Of a DNA stretch of 64,000 nucleotides, positions 13,000-26,833 are shown one piece after another. Positions within the stretch are counted from its first letter, which is position 1. The number at the start of each line of letters is the position of its first letter. The notes under the pieces are model-generated. The model was not told where the DNA came from, ran no database searches, and worked only from the letters and a program-made list of their open reading frames with translations. A program made the position numbers and the translations under genes. Origin of the DNA: Ramazzottius varieornatus (taxonomy: Eukaryota; Animalia; Tardigrada); assembly GCA_001949185.1 (NCBI GenBank), contig BDGG01000012.1, positions 1 to 64,000 on the forward strand, read 5' to 3'.

Positions 13000-13380
13000 A
13001 TGGTGCCTGAGAAAGCGAAGACTTCGCGATCGGCCCCCGACATCCCTGGAAAGCTATCCAGTAACGTAACGCAACGATCCAATGGAACGGCCAACGGGAC
13101 CAGCACCTTGTCGTCAACTTCGGACTGGGAGCAGCAGCGGAAACACGATATGAAAGGTAATCCCTTCCTCCATTCTGCTTCCTAAGGGTGGTCGCGTCTT
13201 TTGCCTCCACCTTCCTATACCTTATTCATCTGGTTTACAGCTGTTATGGAACTGTCCAACATGCTACGCACCGGGCTTTCTCCGGAGCAGCTGGAAATTT
13301 GTGTCAACTTGTTGGAGTCTGGAAAGGTTCCTCCTCGGCTGCTGGCAGATTTCATCAGACGCGCACGTGAATTTCCCTAA
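13000..13380 (+). CDS. MZT1: Mitotic-spindle organizing protein 1 (MOZART1)
   Basis: Exons 13000-13156 and 13241-13380 give ...DMKAVMELSNMLRTGLSPEQLEICVNLLESGKVPPRLLADFIRRAREFP*, matching the MZT1 pattern (ISxxLNTGLDxETLxICVxLxExGxxPxxL). The ORF track does not show it intact. Confidence 0.85.
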
Positions 13381-13750
13381 ACTCTATATGAACCGGAGGT
13401 TAGTTCGAATAATCCTGATGATTTCTATGGATTTATTTAAGTGAAATGACGACCCACTTCTAGACTGGAAACGGAAATTTCTCTACAAAATGAAACTAGA
13501 ATCTCAAATGTGAATATAACGTGAATGTCAGCGAAGTTTTCCGGAACAAATTAAAACAGGAGAAGAAAACAAAAACATTTGGGCACTTCGACTTGTGCGA
13601 TGAAACTCAAACTTAGGACAAACTGAAACGACAGGAAGTCAGGAGTAAAACAAAATTCAGTCCGATTAAGAAATACTAAAAACAATGGAAAAGCCAACTT
13701 CAAGAGCTATCACTGATACGGAAGTACTTATCACAGAATGGTCATGATTA

Positions 13751-16700
13751 TTACGTGGTAGGAGAAGGCTGCACTGGCTGTAATGTCGAAGAAGCCACGC
13801 TGGAGAAGTCCAGCTGGTTGCATCCCCATTCCACCTGTTGCTTGATGATAGATGAAAAAACGAAGTCCGCCGAGTACACAGCTGTAACAGACGTAAAAGG
13901 AAGTTGAGGGAGATTTTGAATTCGACCTTCTTAATTTTTAATTTAGACTTACGAAGTCCGGCTTTTAGGGCAGGTTGAACTTCCTTGTGATCGGCAACTG
14001 AGCCGATTACAACGTAATAGGTGCCATTCTTTCCATGCTATAAGAAGAAACCCTTCTCAAAACCATACCGAGGACGAAAAGATGCAAGAAATAAGTATTG
14101 AATTTTCGACGAACCGTTCTGAGTTCTTCCGGTTTGGGTAATCGATGCATCAGCATCTTCCCACCTGCAGAAGCTATGATCTCCGACATGGTGTTGATCT
14201 GAGGGTAGACTCTGGGCATGACACAGAACGTCATGCCGGTAAATAGCTGCGTCTTTGCCTGGACCAGGGCTGCTTTACGCTCCATGGCTTCACGAAACTG
14301 GAAAAGGTTCTCGGAGGAGTCCAACTTGACTTCTTTCGGAAGGTAGTCCTCCGGCTCTACAGAAAGCAAAGCAGACATGGTTCTTTTGTAATTCGTGCTT
14401 TTGAAATCGTTGGCTTCTTACCGAGAAACTTTTCAGCAGCGACACTATCTTCGATCCATTTTGGAGTGACGACAGTCAGACAAGCGTTGAAGCCTATCAG
14501 GAATTTTGGCGTTCGAGAGACACGAGGCGTAACGAGGTGCGTGCAGACGTGGAACTTGTCCGTGATGGACGCACTCAACGGCTTCAAAGCCTGTAGATAA
14601 TCCCAGGTTAGAATGCACAAATTCATTTGACATGAGGGTTAAATTCAATGTAGGACGTAAGGGTGAATGCGTTCACCCAGCTCGCTATTTGGGCGCACCT
14701 TTCCATTCTTATAAGCGGACAACAAGCGCCACTTGGCAGAACGATCTACGAGAGTTCATTTGCCAACTTCCCATGATTGTTACCTTTATCAATTTGTTTT
14801 CTTCCGACTTCTCCACGCCGTCGAACAGTATAACGACAGGACCCAGCTTCCGCTTCTTCTTACATTCGTTCTCCTGCATCTGTTTCTTTATTCGTTTCTT
14901 CGGATTGCTTGGGTTGATGGACCTTCCCTTCGTCGACGCCATTTTCTTTTACAACGGAAGCAGATAAACACCTGTCCATAAGCAGTTTCTGAAAGGATAC
15001 CAACTTACCGCTTGTTGGTCAGCCGGAATTTGAATGGGGTTTAACCATCCCGTCATCAGGTGAGCTGGAAGTTCTTTCGGCTGAACGTCCAGCGGCGTGT
15101 CGTAGTTGAAGAAGACGTATTTTGGGTTCTTGTTCATGACAGTCAGTGCATTTGGGTCTCTGAGCCAGATGTCATGTAGCCTGTGTACAGCACAGATAAT
15201 CGCAGTTCATTCCAAAATAATTCTACCGTGCTACCTCATAGCTTGGAAAATGAACTCGAGCACACCACATCGTTTTCCCATGTGGCGCACGCTGCCAACC
15301 GAGATCGCTGACTACGAACGCCACTTGCGGAAATGTTCTGATCGAGTTCGTCGCCGAGCTCTTATGTCCGTACCATCCAACATTCAGGCAAGGAACGTTC
15401 CACTCAGTGGCTTGGCTGAACTTCTTCGACTCAGCCCTGAAACAAGCAACAGAGTACGCGTCAAATTTTCACGTTCAACAGGACAAAGATTCGAGACCGG
15501 ACACAGAACGGAACGCTTACGACTTGCAGATGAGGGCAAAGCATTGTTTGTCCAAGAACGGTTGGTACTTTCCGCCTAGCGTTAGTATCAGTGCTATGAC
15601 ATCTTCCCGTTCGTCATCGTGGAACCCAGTCAAAGCGATGGTCTTCCCTTTCAGCGGTCGGTCGTTATCACCAAAGACGCTGGGAAGATGTGCATATCGC
15701 CAAGGTGGCGACATCAAGCCCTTCCGATAGCAGTCATTCAGCCAGTAAGGCGTAACCACCCTCTTCCCTGCTTTTATTGCCTGAAACATTCGTAAAACTG
15801 CTGGTATTCCGAAGGACGGAACATACAACAATTCTAAAGGATAATTCCTTCCAACTTACGGTTTGAGCGAAAGGACTGATTTGTGATTCACACAGCACGT
15901 GCGTAGCCATTGAAACCATCGAATCCAACGAAACAGTCATCCCTCCAAATTTCTTCACACACTGCACGTACAATAAACAGTTGAAGCGAACGCATGGAGA
16001 GTATAGCTTAACAGATACGACTTTTAATAACATAGCATGGGAAAGAAGGAAACTGATACCGCTTCGAGGCTCCTCCAGGTTTTGGCGTCCATTCCCGAAA
16101 AGTCCTTCTGCTCCGACAAGACGAACTTACAGTTGATCAGGAACTTCAACGGCGGAACTGCAAAGGACCAACTGAGATAAATAAGCGTCTTCCTATATCT
16201 AACCCGACCGAGAGGCAAGAATCGGGACATCAAGAAAACAACAGAGACACGTTCTCGATTCTACATTCAGCGACCCACACATCTAAGCGGGGTACAGGTA
16301 TGCAGGTGCGTGAAACCAGCGGCTTTTCAGCAAATTTGCTTAACCATATTCAATGCGTTGCTTACCGGAAGGACAATCGGTTCCACTGTATACCAGTTCT
16401 TTCGGCGGCAACACCGGTCTCGGGGGTTGCACGGTCAAGTTCGACGAAGACAGCTGCGTTTGTAACACCGGTCGCGGAGTTCCTGCTTGCAGCCTTGGGT
16501 CCATCATCTGCGGTCTCTGCTGCTGCTGTTGTTGAAGTTGTTGCTGATGTAGTTGTTGCTGCTGCTGCATCATGTGCATCTGGTTCTGTTGGGGTTGTTG
16601 AGGAGCCATGACGTTCTGCTGTTGCATGTTCTGTTGCTGTTGATGATGGTGCTGCTGTTGGAGAAACTGCAGCTGCTGCTCCATCTGCGCGCTGGCCTCC

Positions 16701-19700
16701 ATCATCTGTGGCGTGACGGACTGTGGATACTGCCCTTGTTGCATCTGACCGTTGTCCATGCGTTGTTGCATGAGGTGCTGTTGTTGTTGAGGCTGGCCTT
16801 GTGGCTGCTGCTGCTGCATGGGTCTCTGTGTGACCACCTGCTGGAAAATTCTTCATTTCGCTTCCGGTCGAAAGAAATTCAACTTTTCAGCCTGGCAAAC
16901 CGTGATGAAAAATTACGAGAAAAAACTAGTGAGTTGAGAAAGGACCTGCTGGTATGGTGGAGGTTGCCGAATCTGAATTTGTTGGGCGTACGCCATGTTT
17001 TGTGCGCTTTGCATCTGATGAGGCTGCATCTGCTGGCGGAACTGCTGTTGCTGTTGAGGGCCCATCTGAAACTGATTCTGCGGATGCATTTGCGGCTGTT
17101 GAGCATGCTGAGGTTGCTGCATTGCCATCTACAAGACAAAAAACAACCTCACCGAGACATCGAATCCAACCGGAAGTGAACTGAAAGCTCGGCAAACAAA
17201 CCCGCATGACTGTTTTCCCAAGTGGCGCACGCTGCCACTTTTAGTGGCTGCAAGTATGCGTCACTTGCAAAACGGCTTGATTTGTCGAGCTCCCAATTTC
17301 AAAACCAAAAAATTCCGATTCATACCATGTTCATCCGATGCTGCATCGGCATGCTCCCCATTCCTCCCATATGCTGCTGCGTCTGGACAAACTGCTGTTG
17401 GTTGACATGTCCCGGCTGTTGAGGAATTCCTCCTTGTTGAGGATGAACCCCTTGCTGATGCATCATCATATTCGCCTGTTGCATCTGATGCTGCTGGTTG
17501 TACTGCATCTGCTGTTGGTTCATGTTCACCCCCATCTGTTGCTGCTGGACCATCCCCTGTTGATGGACCATCTGAGCAGTGCTAACCTGCGGACCTTGCA
17601 TGTGCTGCTGAACCTGCTGTTGTGGGACCATCACACCATGCTGATTCACCGGCATCATCGAACCTGCCTGCCCGGGACCCAGCCCGGGACTGACCACCAT
17701 GTGAGGCGAAGGGGACGGTGGCGGTTGGAAATGGCCCATCTGTTGGACTTGTGGCTGTTTCCACTGTTGTTGCTGTACCTGTTGAGCCTGCTGCCAGTGT
17801 TGCTGAGGCATCATTTGGCCTTGCTGTTCTTGTAGAGGGACATTCTGTTGTGAGGGAATGATTTGGTGTTGTGGTTGCTGTTGGGGTTGTATCATGTGTG
17901 GTACATCGTAAGGTGGCGTTCCTGTACTGTTTGATCTCGTGTTGAGTAGCTTAGCTAAGGCAGTTTTAGTCTGGTTTTGTGGTCTGACTAACGGCATGGA
18001 TGGCTGAGTATTCTGCGCAAGGACGAGACTGGGTGGTTTGTTGGAGATGAGGTTGTCGGGGATGAAGGTACTCATGCCGTCACTGCCGCTGTGGCTGGAG
18101 CCACTGGAGTGGCGGGAAAGCCCGCTACTTTCCAGTTCAGCTTTCTTTTGGGCCTCCATCTGAACGGACTGAGCGATGACGGCGTTGATGGATGCGGTGA
18201 GGGAATCCATGGTGGCAGACTGCGAAGCTGGGAGACTGCTGCTGTTGCTCCCTGTGCAGTGAAATGAAAATTGGAAGAGGTGATAACCGGGAGCTCGGAC
18301 ACCAGCTCAACAAGATTGATTTGTCAAGCGGCACACGTTTTCAATGTTATCAGCCTAGCGTGCGCCACTTGCATAAGCAATCGTGTCACGTTCCTTTTGT
18401 GCTCAAAAGTTAATCTTCTCTAAATTAGAAAAATGAACTATCCAAGTCGAGAAAATTTTCTTGAGAATTCAGGATGCGTTTCCTCATTCTGACAAGTGTA
18501 TTTACCAAGTTCCGAGTCGAGAAGTTCGGCGAACTCTTTCTGGTTCAGCAACGCAATGAGGCTTTCGTCGCTGGAAGTTACGACGGAACCGGAAGTCGGA
18601 ACTGAGGAGGTCGACAGGGTCAAAGAGGATGGCTCAGCTTCGGACGTAAGGGTCGCGACGTCGAAGTCCGCGGTGGGTAGAAGGCTGTTGGCCTTCAGGG
18701 AGCCCGTGACCCAGTCGGGAGTGACGATTTTGACTTCCGGGCTGTTTTCCATCGCTGCTTTATGTTTGTCCTAAAATGAGACTCAAAATGAGACCACGGG
18801 TGAACTGCAATCTCACACGAAACTGAGAAAGTTACGTACGCCGGTAGCGCTACAGCAGATAAGATGTGTGACCGTCTTGTCAAAATCTATCACGCATTTT
18901 CCTCCATGCGATTCAATGGCGCACCAAATGATAGCTGCATCGTTGGGCTTCAACTGAAAAAATTTCTGATAGAAAATTCACCAGTCACAACTCACAAGCA
19001 GCTGTTTCCACTTTTCAAGGCAGACCAAACACATACCTGAGACAAGCAAATACGAAGACCCGAAAATAGCTGACCAGGTTCCGGGGAGAAGGCTTTCACC
19101 CTAAGAGCGCAGAAAATAACTTTGTAAAATTATCTTATATCATTAACTAACTATTCCACAAAGTCGGACTTACGGTAATAACCTCTTTGCCATGCATGAA
19201 AAGATCACCCAGGAGTTCTGCAAAAATAAGCGTGTTAGCCAAGAAACTATGCAAGCATCGCCTTGAATTGTTCTACCTTGACGATGAGGACCTTTGCTCC
19301 CAAGCAATCTTTCGCGTCGTTGACTTCCGAAGAGTCTGTCGAATCGGCAATTACATGCGTTGGATCGTCGAGAACATTCTCCAAGATCTGTCCTCGTTCT
19401 TCTAGTGCGAGTTCTTTTGCCTGCAACCAACGCAAAACACAATGTTAGATGCAGACAGAGACACCCCAAAGAGTTCTTTGTTCATTGCAGCGTGCGATCC
19501 GTTTGCTTGCTCGAGAGCACGCCGACTAGCCATCATGTAAAGTCTCATAAATCATAAATTAAGACGCTTCTAATACTATTAATCATCCCATCTGCCAACA
19601 GCAAGCATCGCTGTTGGTGACGGAAGAGAGACTTCGCTGCCAAAAAGAGCTTCCTATCTGGCAAACCACCTCGAGATACAACGTAAGACAATCAAGTAAT

Positions 19701-19850
19701 CAACGACCAACTGGCGTTCCATAACGGCCAGGCTTGGACTTTCGATTACAACCGAATCTGTTCACCAAAATGCAGGCGTTCGAGCGCAGAACGTACCTTG
19801 GCTGGACCACCAGCTACAAAGAATATTCGCAGGCCACTGAATAGACCCAT
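13751..19850 (-). CDS. PAXIP1: PAX-interacting protein 1 / PTIP (six BRCT domains, Q-rich middle)
   Basis: N-terminal BRCTs (LFSGLRIFF, IVTPDWV), a polyQ region at 16340-18210, and C-terminal BRCTs (THVLCESQ, KRVVTPYWLNDC, PPWRYAHLP, CTHLVTPRVSRTPKF, VYSADFVFSSIIKQ). A possible in-frame upstream exon starts at ATG 20167. Confidence 0.88.
14652..14772. repeat. Palindromic element, intronic
   Basis: Core 14688-14734, N25. Confidence 0.75.
15245..15363. repeat. Palindromic element, intronic
   Basis: Core 15280-15326, N25. Confidence 0.8.
17183..17294. repeat. Palindromic element, intronic
   Basis: Core 17220-17266, N25; flanks AACT/AATT. Confidence 0.85.
18288..18410. repeat. Palindromic element, intronic
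   Basis: Core 18326-18370 (23-nt spacer); starts GGGAGCTCGG. Confidence 0.8.
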
Positions 19851-20524
19851 CTCCTGATCGGACAATTCTAACGCTAAGTAGCCGCGGAACGATGAGCAGC
19901 AGCAAATTTGAGCAAAACTTCTCGGGCTTGATATTGACGGTAGTCTTCCCTGGATCAAGCAACAGGAGTCGTACGACAAGTGATCCTCGCTGGTTCCATC
20001 GGACAACAGACCTCGTAATCTTCCAGCTTTCGCCTCACAGAAGATGAAGCAAGTGGATGTTTAGAAACAGAACGAAGAGAACTTTGTTCACTCGAAGGGG
20101 AGTCGACTGTCTGGATCTGCATTTCCGGTTCGTTTCCCACGGTCGTGACGTCACTGACAGCAGACATCAATGATCAGTCGCTACCGAACCACACAAGTCC
20201 GTGCTGGTGCCACTCAGAAAACTGTTCGCGGTCCGCGGCAGTGTTCGCCCCGGAAACAGTCCCTAACCGCCAGGGGCTCCAGATCGCGGTCGTTCTGTTT
20301 TCTAAACTTTTCTTCAACATTCAAAATTCCACGAGTGTCTTTTCTAAAGATTTGTTTCTTCCCTTCCTGTTCCTTGTGGCGTTGTGGAATGATGTTTTCT
20401 CCTTTGCAGGACCGATGAACTCTTCTGTCAAATGTTCAGTCGGATGCCCAGCTGCGGCGAGACGGATCGTAACTCTGACATAACGTGGTGGGCTTCTCGC
20501 TGCTACCTGTGATCCGAACCTGCG

Positions 20525-23381
20525 ATGGATCCTTTCTATGCATTTAGCCACTGCGATTACTGGCCTCCTTCCGGTTACCCGTACGGGAGGTCACAGAAGC
20601 CTCTGCACTATGCAGGTAGCGCGGCCATGGGATACTCGTATGCACCGTCCACACCTGGACTTTCACCAAGAACCCACGATTCCATCGGGATTCAAAACGC
20701 TGCCTCCAGCCTTCTCGGTGATTATCCACCTACATTCTCGTCGCTCACGTATCCGTTCTACCCACAGTATTCGAGAAATTCTCCAGTCTCCACGAAAGGT
20801 ACGTATTGTCGAAGATCCATACAGATTGTTTTAAATTTCATGGTGAAATTTTGTCGATTTAGGGTTGATTGACAACAGCACTCTTGACTGTTCGTCCAAA
20901 TTTACTGTGCCAGAAGTTTCCTCGGAGTCGCACACGAGACCTGCGGCAGTCATTCAACAGTCACCAGACGTTTCTAACAGTTTTTCTCGGAACAGTTCCC
21001 AGTTCAATGGCGGAAGCAACACGGACACGACTTCCGGTAGAGACCGCATCGACGATTCAGCTAGCGTTGTAAATCACGCAGATTCTCCCGTGAATCGTTT
21101 ATTACGGCTCGCACGATACAACAAGGTATGCGTTTTCAATACTTTTCATTTAGCGCCATACCTAACCGCACCTTGTAAAGAGAAGACGGCTGGTGTTTTT
21201 TCATATGCGTAAGTTAATCGGATTTTTGTTCAGTGTGCCAGCTACCCACATCGGTTCGCGCATTGGTGAAAGCGTTGTTCGTAATTTGACTTACGAATGA
21301 CCATGTTTCAGGTTCGGCTGAATTATGAGCTGCTGAATGAAAAAGGTCCAGCGCACATGAAGGTCTTCACCGCAAAAGTGACGCTCCTTCGAGGTCGGAA
21401 CATTGAAGCGTTCTGTGGAGAGGGAAGCACCATCAAGCTCGCCCAGCACAACGCAGCCTCCAAAGCCTTACTGTCTTCCACCCTTCAGCATCTGCCAGAG
21501 AAACTATTTCCCCGCAAAGTATCCTCACCTTCTGACGCTTCTGCCGTTACTCGACTAAACTCGCTAGCTATCAAGATGCGTTCCTGGGCTGACTACACGG
21601 ACACTTGTAGTCGAGCTGTGTGGTCATTCGAAGGGAACGTGTGGAACACGACCGTGACTGTCTCGGGTAAACAGTTCGATGGGTATGGGGCGAGTAAAGT
21701 GTGTTCGCGGAACATGGCGGCACAGCAAGCGTTAGAATACTTTGACTTTGAGAAACTACGGAAAGCGCAAGAAGCATTCAGTGAGGAGTCGGTCAATGGG
21801 GCGGTGGAGAATGCTTCGTCCAAGTCTCCTATCACAAAACTGTACGAAACTGCTCGAAGAATTTGCATTGATGTGAAGTTTGACGAAGAGTCTTCGGAAG
21901 GCGTTCCGCACTGCCAGATTCACTACGTCAGGTAACTGCTGTGTCCTGGAACTTTTTCACCCGTTTTTTAACAGAAAAATCGAAAACTGAATCAACGTGT
22001 GACACGGGGGCAATGAAATGTGACAGACCGTTATCTCAAGTGGCGCACGTTCTCATTGCTGTTAGCGGAGATTGTGCGCCACTTGGGCAAACGATCTGGT
22101 TCAGTGCATTTGCCGACGTCTCGTTCGAATGTCGAAGGCCGGAAAAACGATCGATATCTGAGAAATAAAATTGAAATCTTCATCTCGCAGTGTAAGAATT
22201 AGTGGTTCATTTGGCAATATAACAATCAGTGTTGCAGGTGTGTGAGTGGTGAGATGGCGGCGATCGGAAAAGGCGCCAACAAGAAGCTCGCTCGGAACAA
22301 CGCAGCCGAACAGATGTTGAAGCAGTTTCAACAAGCATATCCAGCTTTCACCGACGATTTCTGCCCGTTCAAAAACCCCAACAAAAGCAAGAAAGCTAAA
22401 ATCGTCAAGCTGAACAAAGTCCGGCCGGATTATGGTCAAAACATCAACCCTGTCTCGCGCCTCCACCAGATTCAGCAGGCCAAGAACGCGCCTGATCCCA
22501 TCTTCGAATGCGCAGACCCGAATCTTGCAGGAAAAGAGAAAGAGTTCACAGTCATCGCCTCTGTACAAGAGAAAGATGGTTCGCAAGGCCGATGAAAACA
22601 CTGTGAAGGGGTAAATTTATATTTTTTGTTATTTTTAGGCTTGATCACCGCAACCGGAAGTGGTCCCAACAAGCGTTTGGCCAAGCGTTTTGCCGCCGAG
22701 AACCTCCTTCGAGCGATGGGTCATCAAACACAGACCCCGCAACCACAGAAGCCCACTCTCCGAGCTTTGAAAGAACCTGCCGAAGAAGAACTACCAGGTA
22801 CCGATAGGAAGGTGACGTTCGAGCAAGAAGTACCCGAGAATGGCGATAAACAGAACGGCCGAACTTACCGTAAGCGCTTCTCGAAGAAACCTCAACCTGC
22901 ATACATGTATCCGAAAGACAACGTTCAAGAAGTTATTTTCGAAGCTTCGCTTGTGAATCAAGTTGTGAGGCCAGGTCGAACGATCGTACCGGGTGTCATT
23001 AGTCTGCCTCAAAGCAATAGTCCTGACAAGGAAGCAGTTGGAGGCTGTAATGTAGGGGAGATTTCCGCATTGGCAAAGATGCTTTTGACCACGAGAAAGA
23101 TTACAGAGGAAAGCAGTGAAGCCAGTTCGGCGTTGGCTCTGCTTGAACATTTGTGTAGAGTGGTGAATCTGACGTTGAAGAAAGACGGGTTCTCGAAGCA
23201 AGGACCTCATGCGAAGTTCGTGACGGTGTTGACCGTGGCGGAGCCTGTACAAAGTATCGGATGTGGGAATGGCGCGACGGAAGAACAAGCGCTGCAGAAC
23301 GCCGCGTTGAACTTACTGACAGTGATTGCGGACCACGGTTGGGCGGTGGGGAAGGAGATAAAGTGCAAGAGAGTCACCTGA
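20525..23381 (+). CDS. stau: Staufen double-stranded RNA-binding protein
   Basis: Multiple dsRBDs: SPVNRLLRLARYNK|VRLNYELLNEKGPAHMKVF, KSPITKLYE, YGQNINPVSRLHQIQQAK, GSGPNKRLAKRFAAENLL, plus a C-terminal degenerate dsRBD. Confidence 0.9.
22000..22122. repeat. Palindromic element, intronic
   Basis: Perfect core AAGTGGCGCAC-N25-GTGCGCCACTT at 22038-22084. Confidence 0.9.
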
Positions 23382-23946
23382 TGAAAAGTCGAAAGAGAAG
23401 AAAGATTTTAAGATTGGTGATGTGGCTGGCGCGATTTCTGACTTGAGCATGGCAGGAGCCTGAAAGTTCCTGTGCTTGTTCTTAGACATATTTACTACTG
23501 GACATTTCGTGAAACTTCTTTCGCGAAGTGCTGGATTTTGGGGGAATTTCGTCGTCCTTTTTTTGGTTCTTTAATCTTCTTTCCCTAAGGTATTTTCTGG
23601 ACTTCATGGAATGTTATTGAATTTTGACGGACCGTGTGATATTTATGAAGTTTCAGCGTTCAGTACTTATCTAAAAAATTCGCTGCATTCACTGCTTGAT
23701 ATTTTCCAGCTTTGCGAAACTATCCGAGAATAGTGCCGGAATGATCATGGATTAAAAACTGACAATTCGCTCGTGCGTGAAAATGTGGTGCAGATTTTCC
23801 AGGTATTCTGAGCTGCTTGTTTTTGCCAACGAACGTAATGCGAAGGTGCTGAAAACGTTTGCCGATTCAGAATGGTTCACCATTGAAGTAAGCAGGATAA
23901 AAGGGAGAAAAAGGGGATAACAGAGAAATTTATGAAGGTTAGTGCC

Positions 23947-24415
23947 TCAGTAAATATCGTTACGCTGGACAAAGATCTTTTCTTGCGCTTCGATCAGGAC
24001 AATGCTGTTTCCTCGAACGACGGCCATACCTAGCGTCTGCTTTTCTCCTTTCGCTCCTTCTTCGGTGACCTGATCGATAACCAGGTTCATAAAGGGATCA
24101 TAACCTCGGAGGATGCCTTGGATCGTCCGGCCGCCGTTTAGTCGCACTACAACATCAAAAAGTTGAAAATAATGCAAAATAACTCACTGAGCAAATCGCT
24201 ATGGAACTACGAAGAACTTTTCTTCCGCTTACAGAGCACGCGTTTGTCCATGTACCTGCAACAGAAGAGCCATGTCAACTCAGCAACACTCCGATATAGA
24301 ACTCAGACGAACCATTTCGAGGTAAGTCTGTCATCAACTTATCATGCTTCGGCAAGTGGTTAGCAATAGTGGCGCACACTTACTTCTTGAGTTCCGGACG
24401 TCTAGCTCGATTCAT
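23947..24415 (-). CDS. SNRPG: Small nuclear ribonucleoprotein G (SmG)
   Basis: Three exons give [43 protein letters not shown]...GMAVVRGNSIVLIEAQEKI. Confidence 0.95.
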
Positions 24416-25117
24416 TGTGGGACAGTAGTAATCCTTACGACAAGCTAAAGAGGAAGGAAGAAGCTGGATTCGGGACCGATGAGGGAGAAGAAAAATGGTA
24501 ACATTGAAAAATAATAATAATGTAAATTTTATGGATTTTTGAATTTTCCGTACGTTGAGAGCGAGATTGCGAAAAGACGGAAAAATACAGCACATCTTAG
24601 CCTGATTGAGTGGCTCTTGATTTGGTCACTGATTTGATCATTGCGGAGTCATCGAAGTTCTTCTCTTAAGCTTCTATGGAAAGCGCCAAAACCTCTCTGA
24701 AAAGTCTGAACTCCGAAGCTGTATCTTCTCGCTTTACGTAGGATCATCGGTTTCAGACAGCTGGTCCCCGCAGTGGAATAAGAAGCCTGCTGGAGCAGCG
24801 AGTTTAAGGTCTGCGAGGCTCGATTCGCATCTCAGACAGAGCTGGTCCAACTCTGGCTCAGCTGATCACTTTCGCGCGTGAGTTACACAAAGAATGCCCG
24901 AATGATCGGGCCAAATCGACCCGTTTTTCATTTTTTGTTGCTCTCTAGATGCTTGAATTATCACACGGACTGTGGAAATTCGTTCGAGAAACTTGAATAT
25001 ACGGTACGATAGACGAATGGGGATGCATCTAAAGCGGGAGCAGCTTAAAACAACGAAAGATCTGCTAAAGACCACGTTTTCACTGTTTGTGTGTTGCAGC
25101 GACTTTGTAGCACAATA

Positions 25118-26833
25118 ATGGTGAAAGCTTCCGACGCCGCGTTGCTAAAGCAGCTGATCGCGATGGTGGAAGACGACTTGAGCATCGTCACGTACAAGAC
25201 CCTCAGCCGTCGCCTAGAACTTTCCGTCAACCACGCCAAGCGACTCCTTGACTCTTACGCGTCCTCTCCTCGTCGACCCAGCTCCGTCTCCGTAGTCTAT
25301 GCACTCTTTGGTTCCATCACGCTTGACGATGGCACCACCTGGAAAGTCATCGTCGCTCCGGAGAGTGAAATCGAAGAACGATCACGAAGTTTGAACAATG
25401 TCAGCAAGCATGTTTATTCCATTCATGCCGCACAACTCGGAGACAGTACTCTGCTCCACATGGCTGACCATCCCGTTGGACCTGACGATGTTCGAAACAT
25501 CCAAGTCTCCACTTCTATCGACTGCTGTCACATAGGACCACGGCAGAAAACTTCCCAAGAGCATCAAAGTAAAATTGTTAGCGTTCCGAATATTACTGGC
25601 CAGACTTTGAAGAAGATCGAGAATGATGAGAGTAAAGTCATGGCGGGCCTTGGCACGTCCATCACTGCATTGAAAGTCAAGCCTAAAACGGAATCCGCAG
25701 TTGAGCCTCCTCGTCCACAAGAAACGAAGGTAAAGAGTGGCACGGTAGCGTCGTGGGTTAAAGCTGGGGGTTTAGATCCGAAGAAGCCCTCGGAGATACA
25801 GAAAGCCGTGGAGAGTAATCGACGAAGAGCGCTCAGTCCGATCAACAAGAAGAAGAAAGAGACGAACTCAGATTCCGAGGATGACTTCTTCGCGCCGAAG
25901 AGAAACAGCAGGAAATCAGCCAAAGCTTTGCTGGACAGTGATGAGGAAGATGTCGGTTGGGTTGAAAAAAAGGTGGAAGACATGGAAGATGTGGAGATGG
26001 GTGAACAATCGATAAATTTCGGACAAGATGAGATGGAAAAGGAACGATCGCCTTCGCCGGATCAACCAACAGTCATCCGAAGAAGCGGGGTTGAAATACC
26101 AACGTCGAAGCCCAAGAACGAAGTGAGCATCGACAAGTCCTCTTCCAGAACTCCAAAAGCTTCTCGTAGTACTTTTGGAGGTTTTACTCAAGTTTCTGAC
26201 ACTGAAGAAATCGAAGAAGAAATTCCAAGGAAAAAATCAGCAGTTAAGTCCGATAAGGATACCAAAAGTAACTTTGTTGAATCTGATGAAGAAATGAAAG
26301 AGGTTGAGAAGGTAGTCGAGAAACCAGCAAAGAAGTCAAACAAGAAGGCGCAGCCAAAAGAAGGCGAATCAGACCGTGGAGAGGAAGGGAAGAGACCAAC
26401 ACGGAAGCCGCGGAAGAGAGCCAAGAAAGAGTCGGACGCTGGGAACATTTACTCGGAAGAGCGTCAACGTAGTCCCAGTGTCGAGAAGCCCGACCCGCTG
26501 GAGCAGTTCCTTCAGACCTCGCACCAGCAGAAAGAGCGCAAGTTGGTGACCAGGACCAGGGTGGACGACGAAGGGTACACGGTGATGGAGAAGGTCTGGG
26601 TAAATGCGTCGGACGAGGAAGCGGAGCATGATGCGAAGAGTGTTCCACCTGTTGCGCCACCTACGCCGAAGAGCCCGAAGAAGCCGTCTGGAGAAAAGAT
26701 TTCACCCCCAAAGAAGGAAGTTCCTGCAGCTTCCAGTGGGAAGGGAAAATCAAAGAATGGGGATACCGGAAGTCAAGCGGGGAAAGGCAAGACGGTCCAG
26801 TCTTCTCTCATGAACTTCTTCAAGAAGGCCTAA
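25118..26833 (+). CDS. POLD3: DNA polymerase delta subunit 3 (Cdc27/p66), intronless
   Basis: N-terminal IVTYKTLSRRLELSVNHAKRLL, a charged disordered middle, a DDEGYTV motif and a C-terminal PIP box QSSLMNFF. Confidence 0.92.
   Translation: MVKASDAALLKQLIAMVEDDLSIVTYKTLSRRLELSVNHAKRLLDSYASSPRRPSSVSVVYALFGSITLDDGTTWKVIVAPESEIEERSRSLNNVSKHVYSIHAAQLGDSTLLHMADHPVGPDDVRNIQVSTSIDCCHIGPRQKTSQEHQSKIVSVPNITGQTLKKIENDESKVMAGLGTSITALKVKPKTESAVEPPRPQETKVKSGTVASWVKAGGLDPKKPSEIQKAVESNRRRALSPINKKKKETNSDSEDDFFAPKRNSRKSAKALLDSDEEDVGWVEKKVEDMEDVEMGEQSINFGQDEMEKERSPSPDQPTVIRRSGVEIPTSKPKNEVSIDKSSSRTPKASRSTFGGFTQVSDTEEIEEEIPRKKSAVKSDKDTKSNFVESDEEMKEVEKVVEKPAKKSNKKAQPKEGESDRGEEGKRPTRKPRKRAKKESDAGNIYSEERQRSPSVEKPDPLEQFLQTSHQQKERKLVTRTRVDDEGYTVMEKVWVNASDEEAEHDAKSVPPVAPPTPKSPKKPSGEKISPPKKEVPAASSGKGKSKNGDTGSQAGKGKTVQSSLMNFFKKA

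Noticed and set aside
16353-17835. Plus-strand Leu/Cys/Ala-rich ORFs
   Set aside because: These are antisense shadows of the PAXIP1 polyQ exons.
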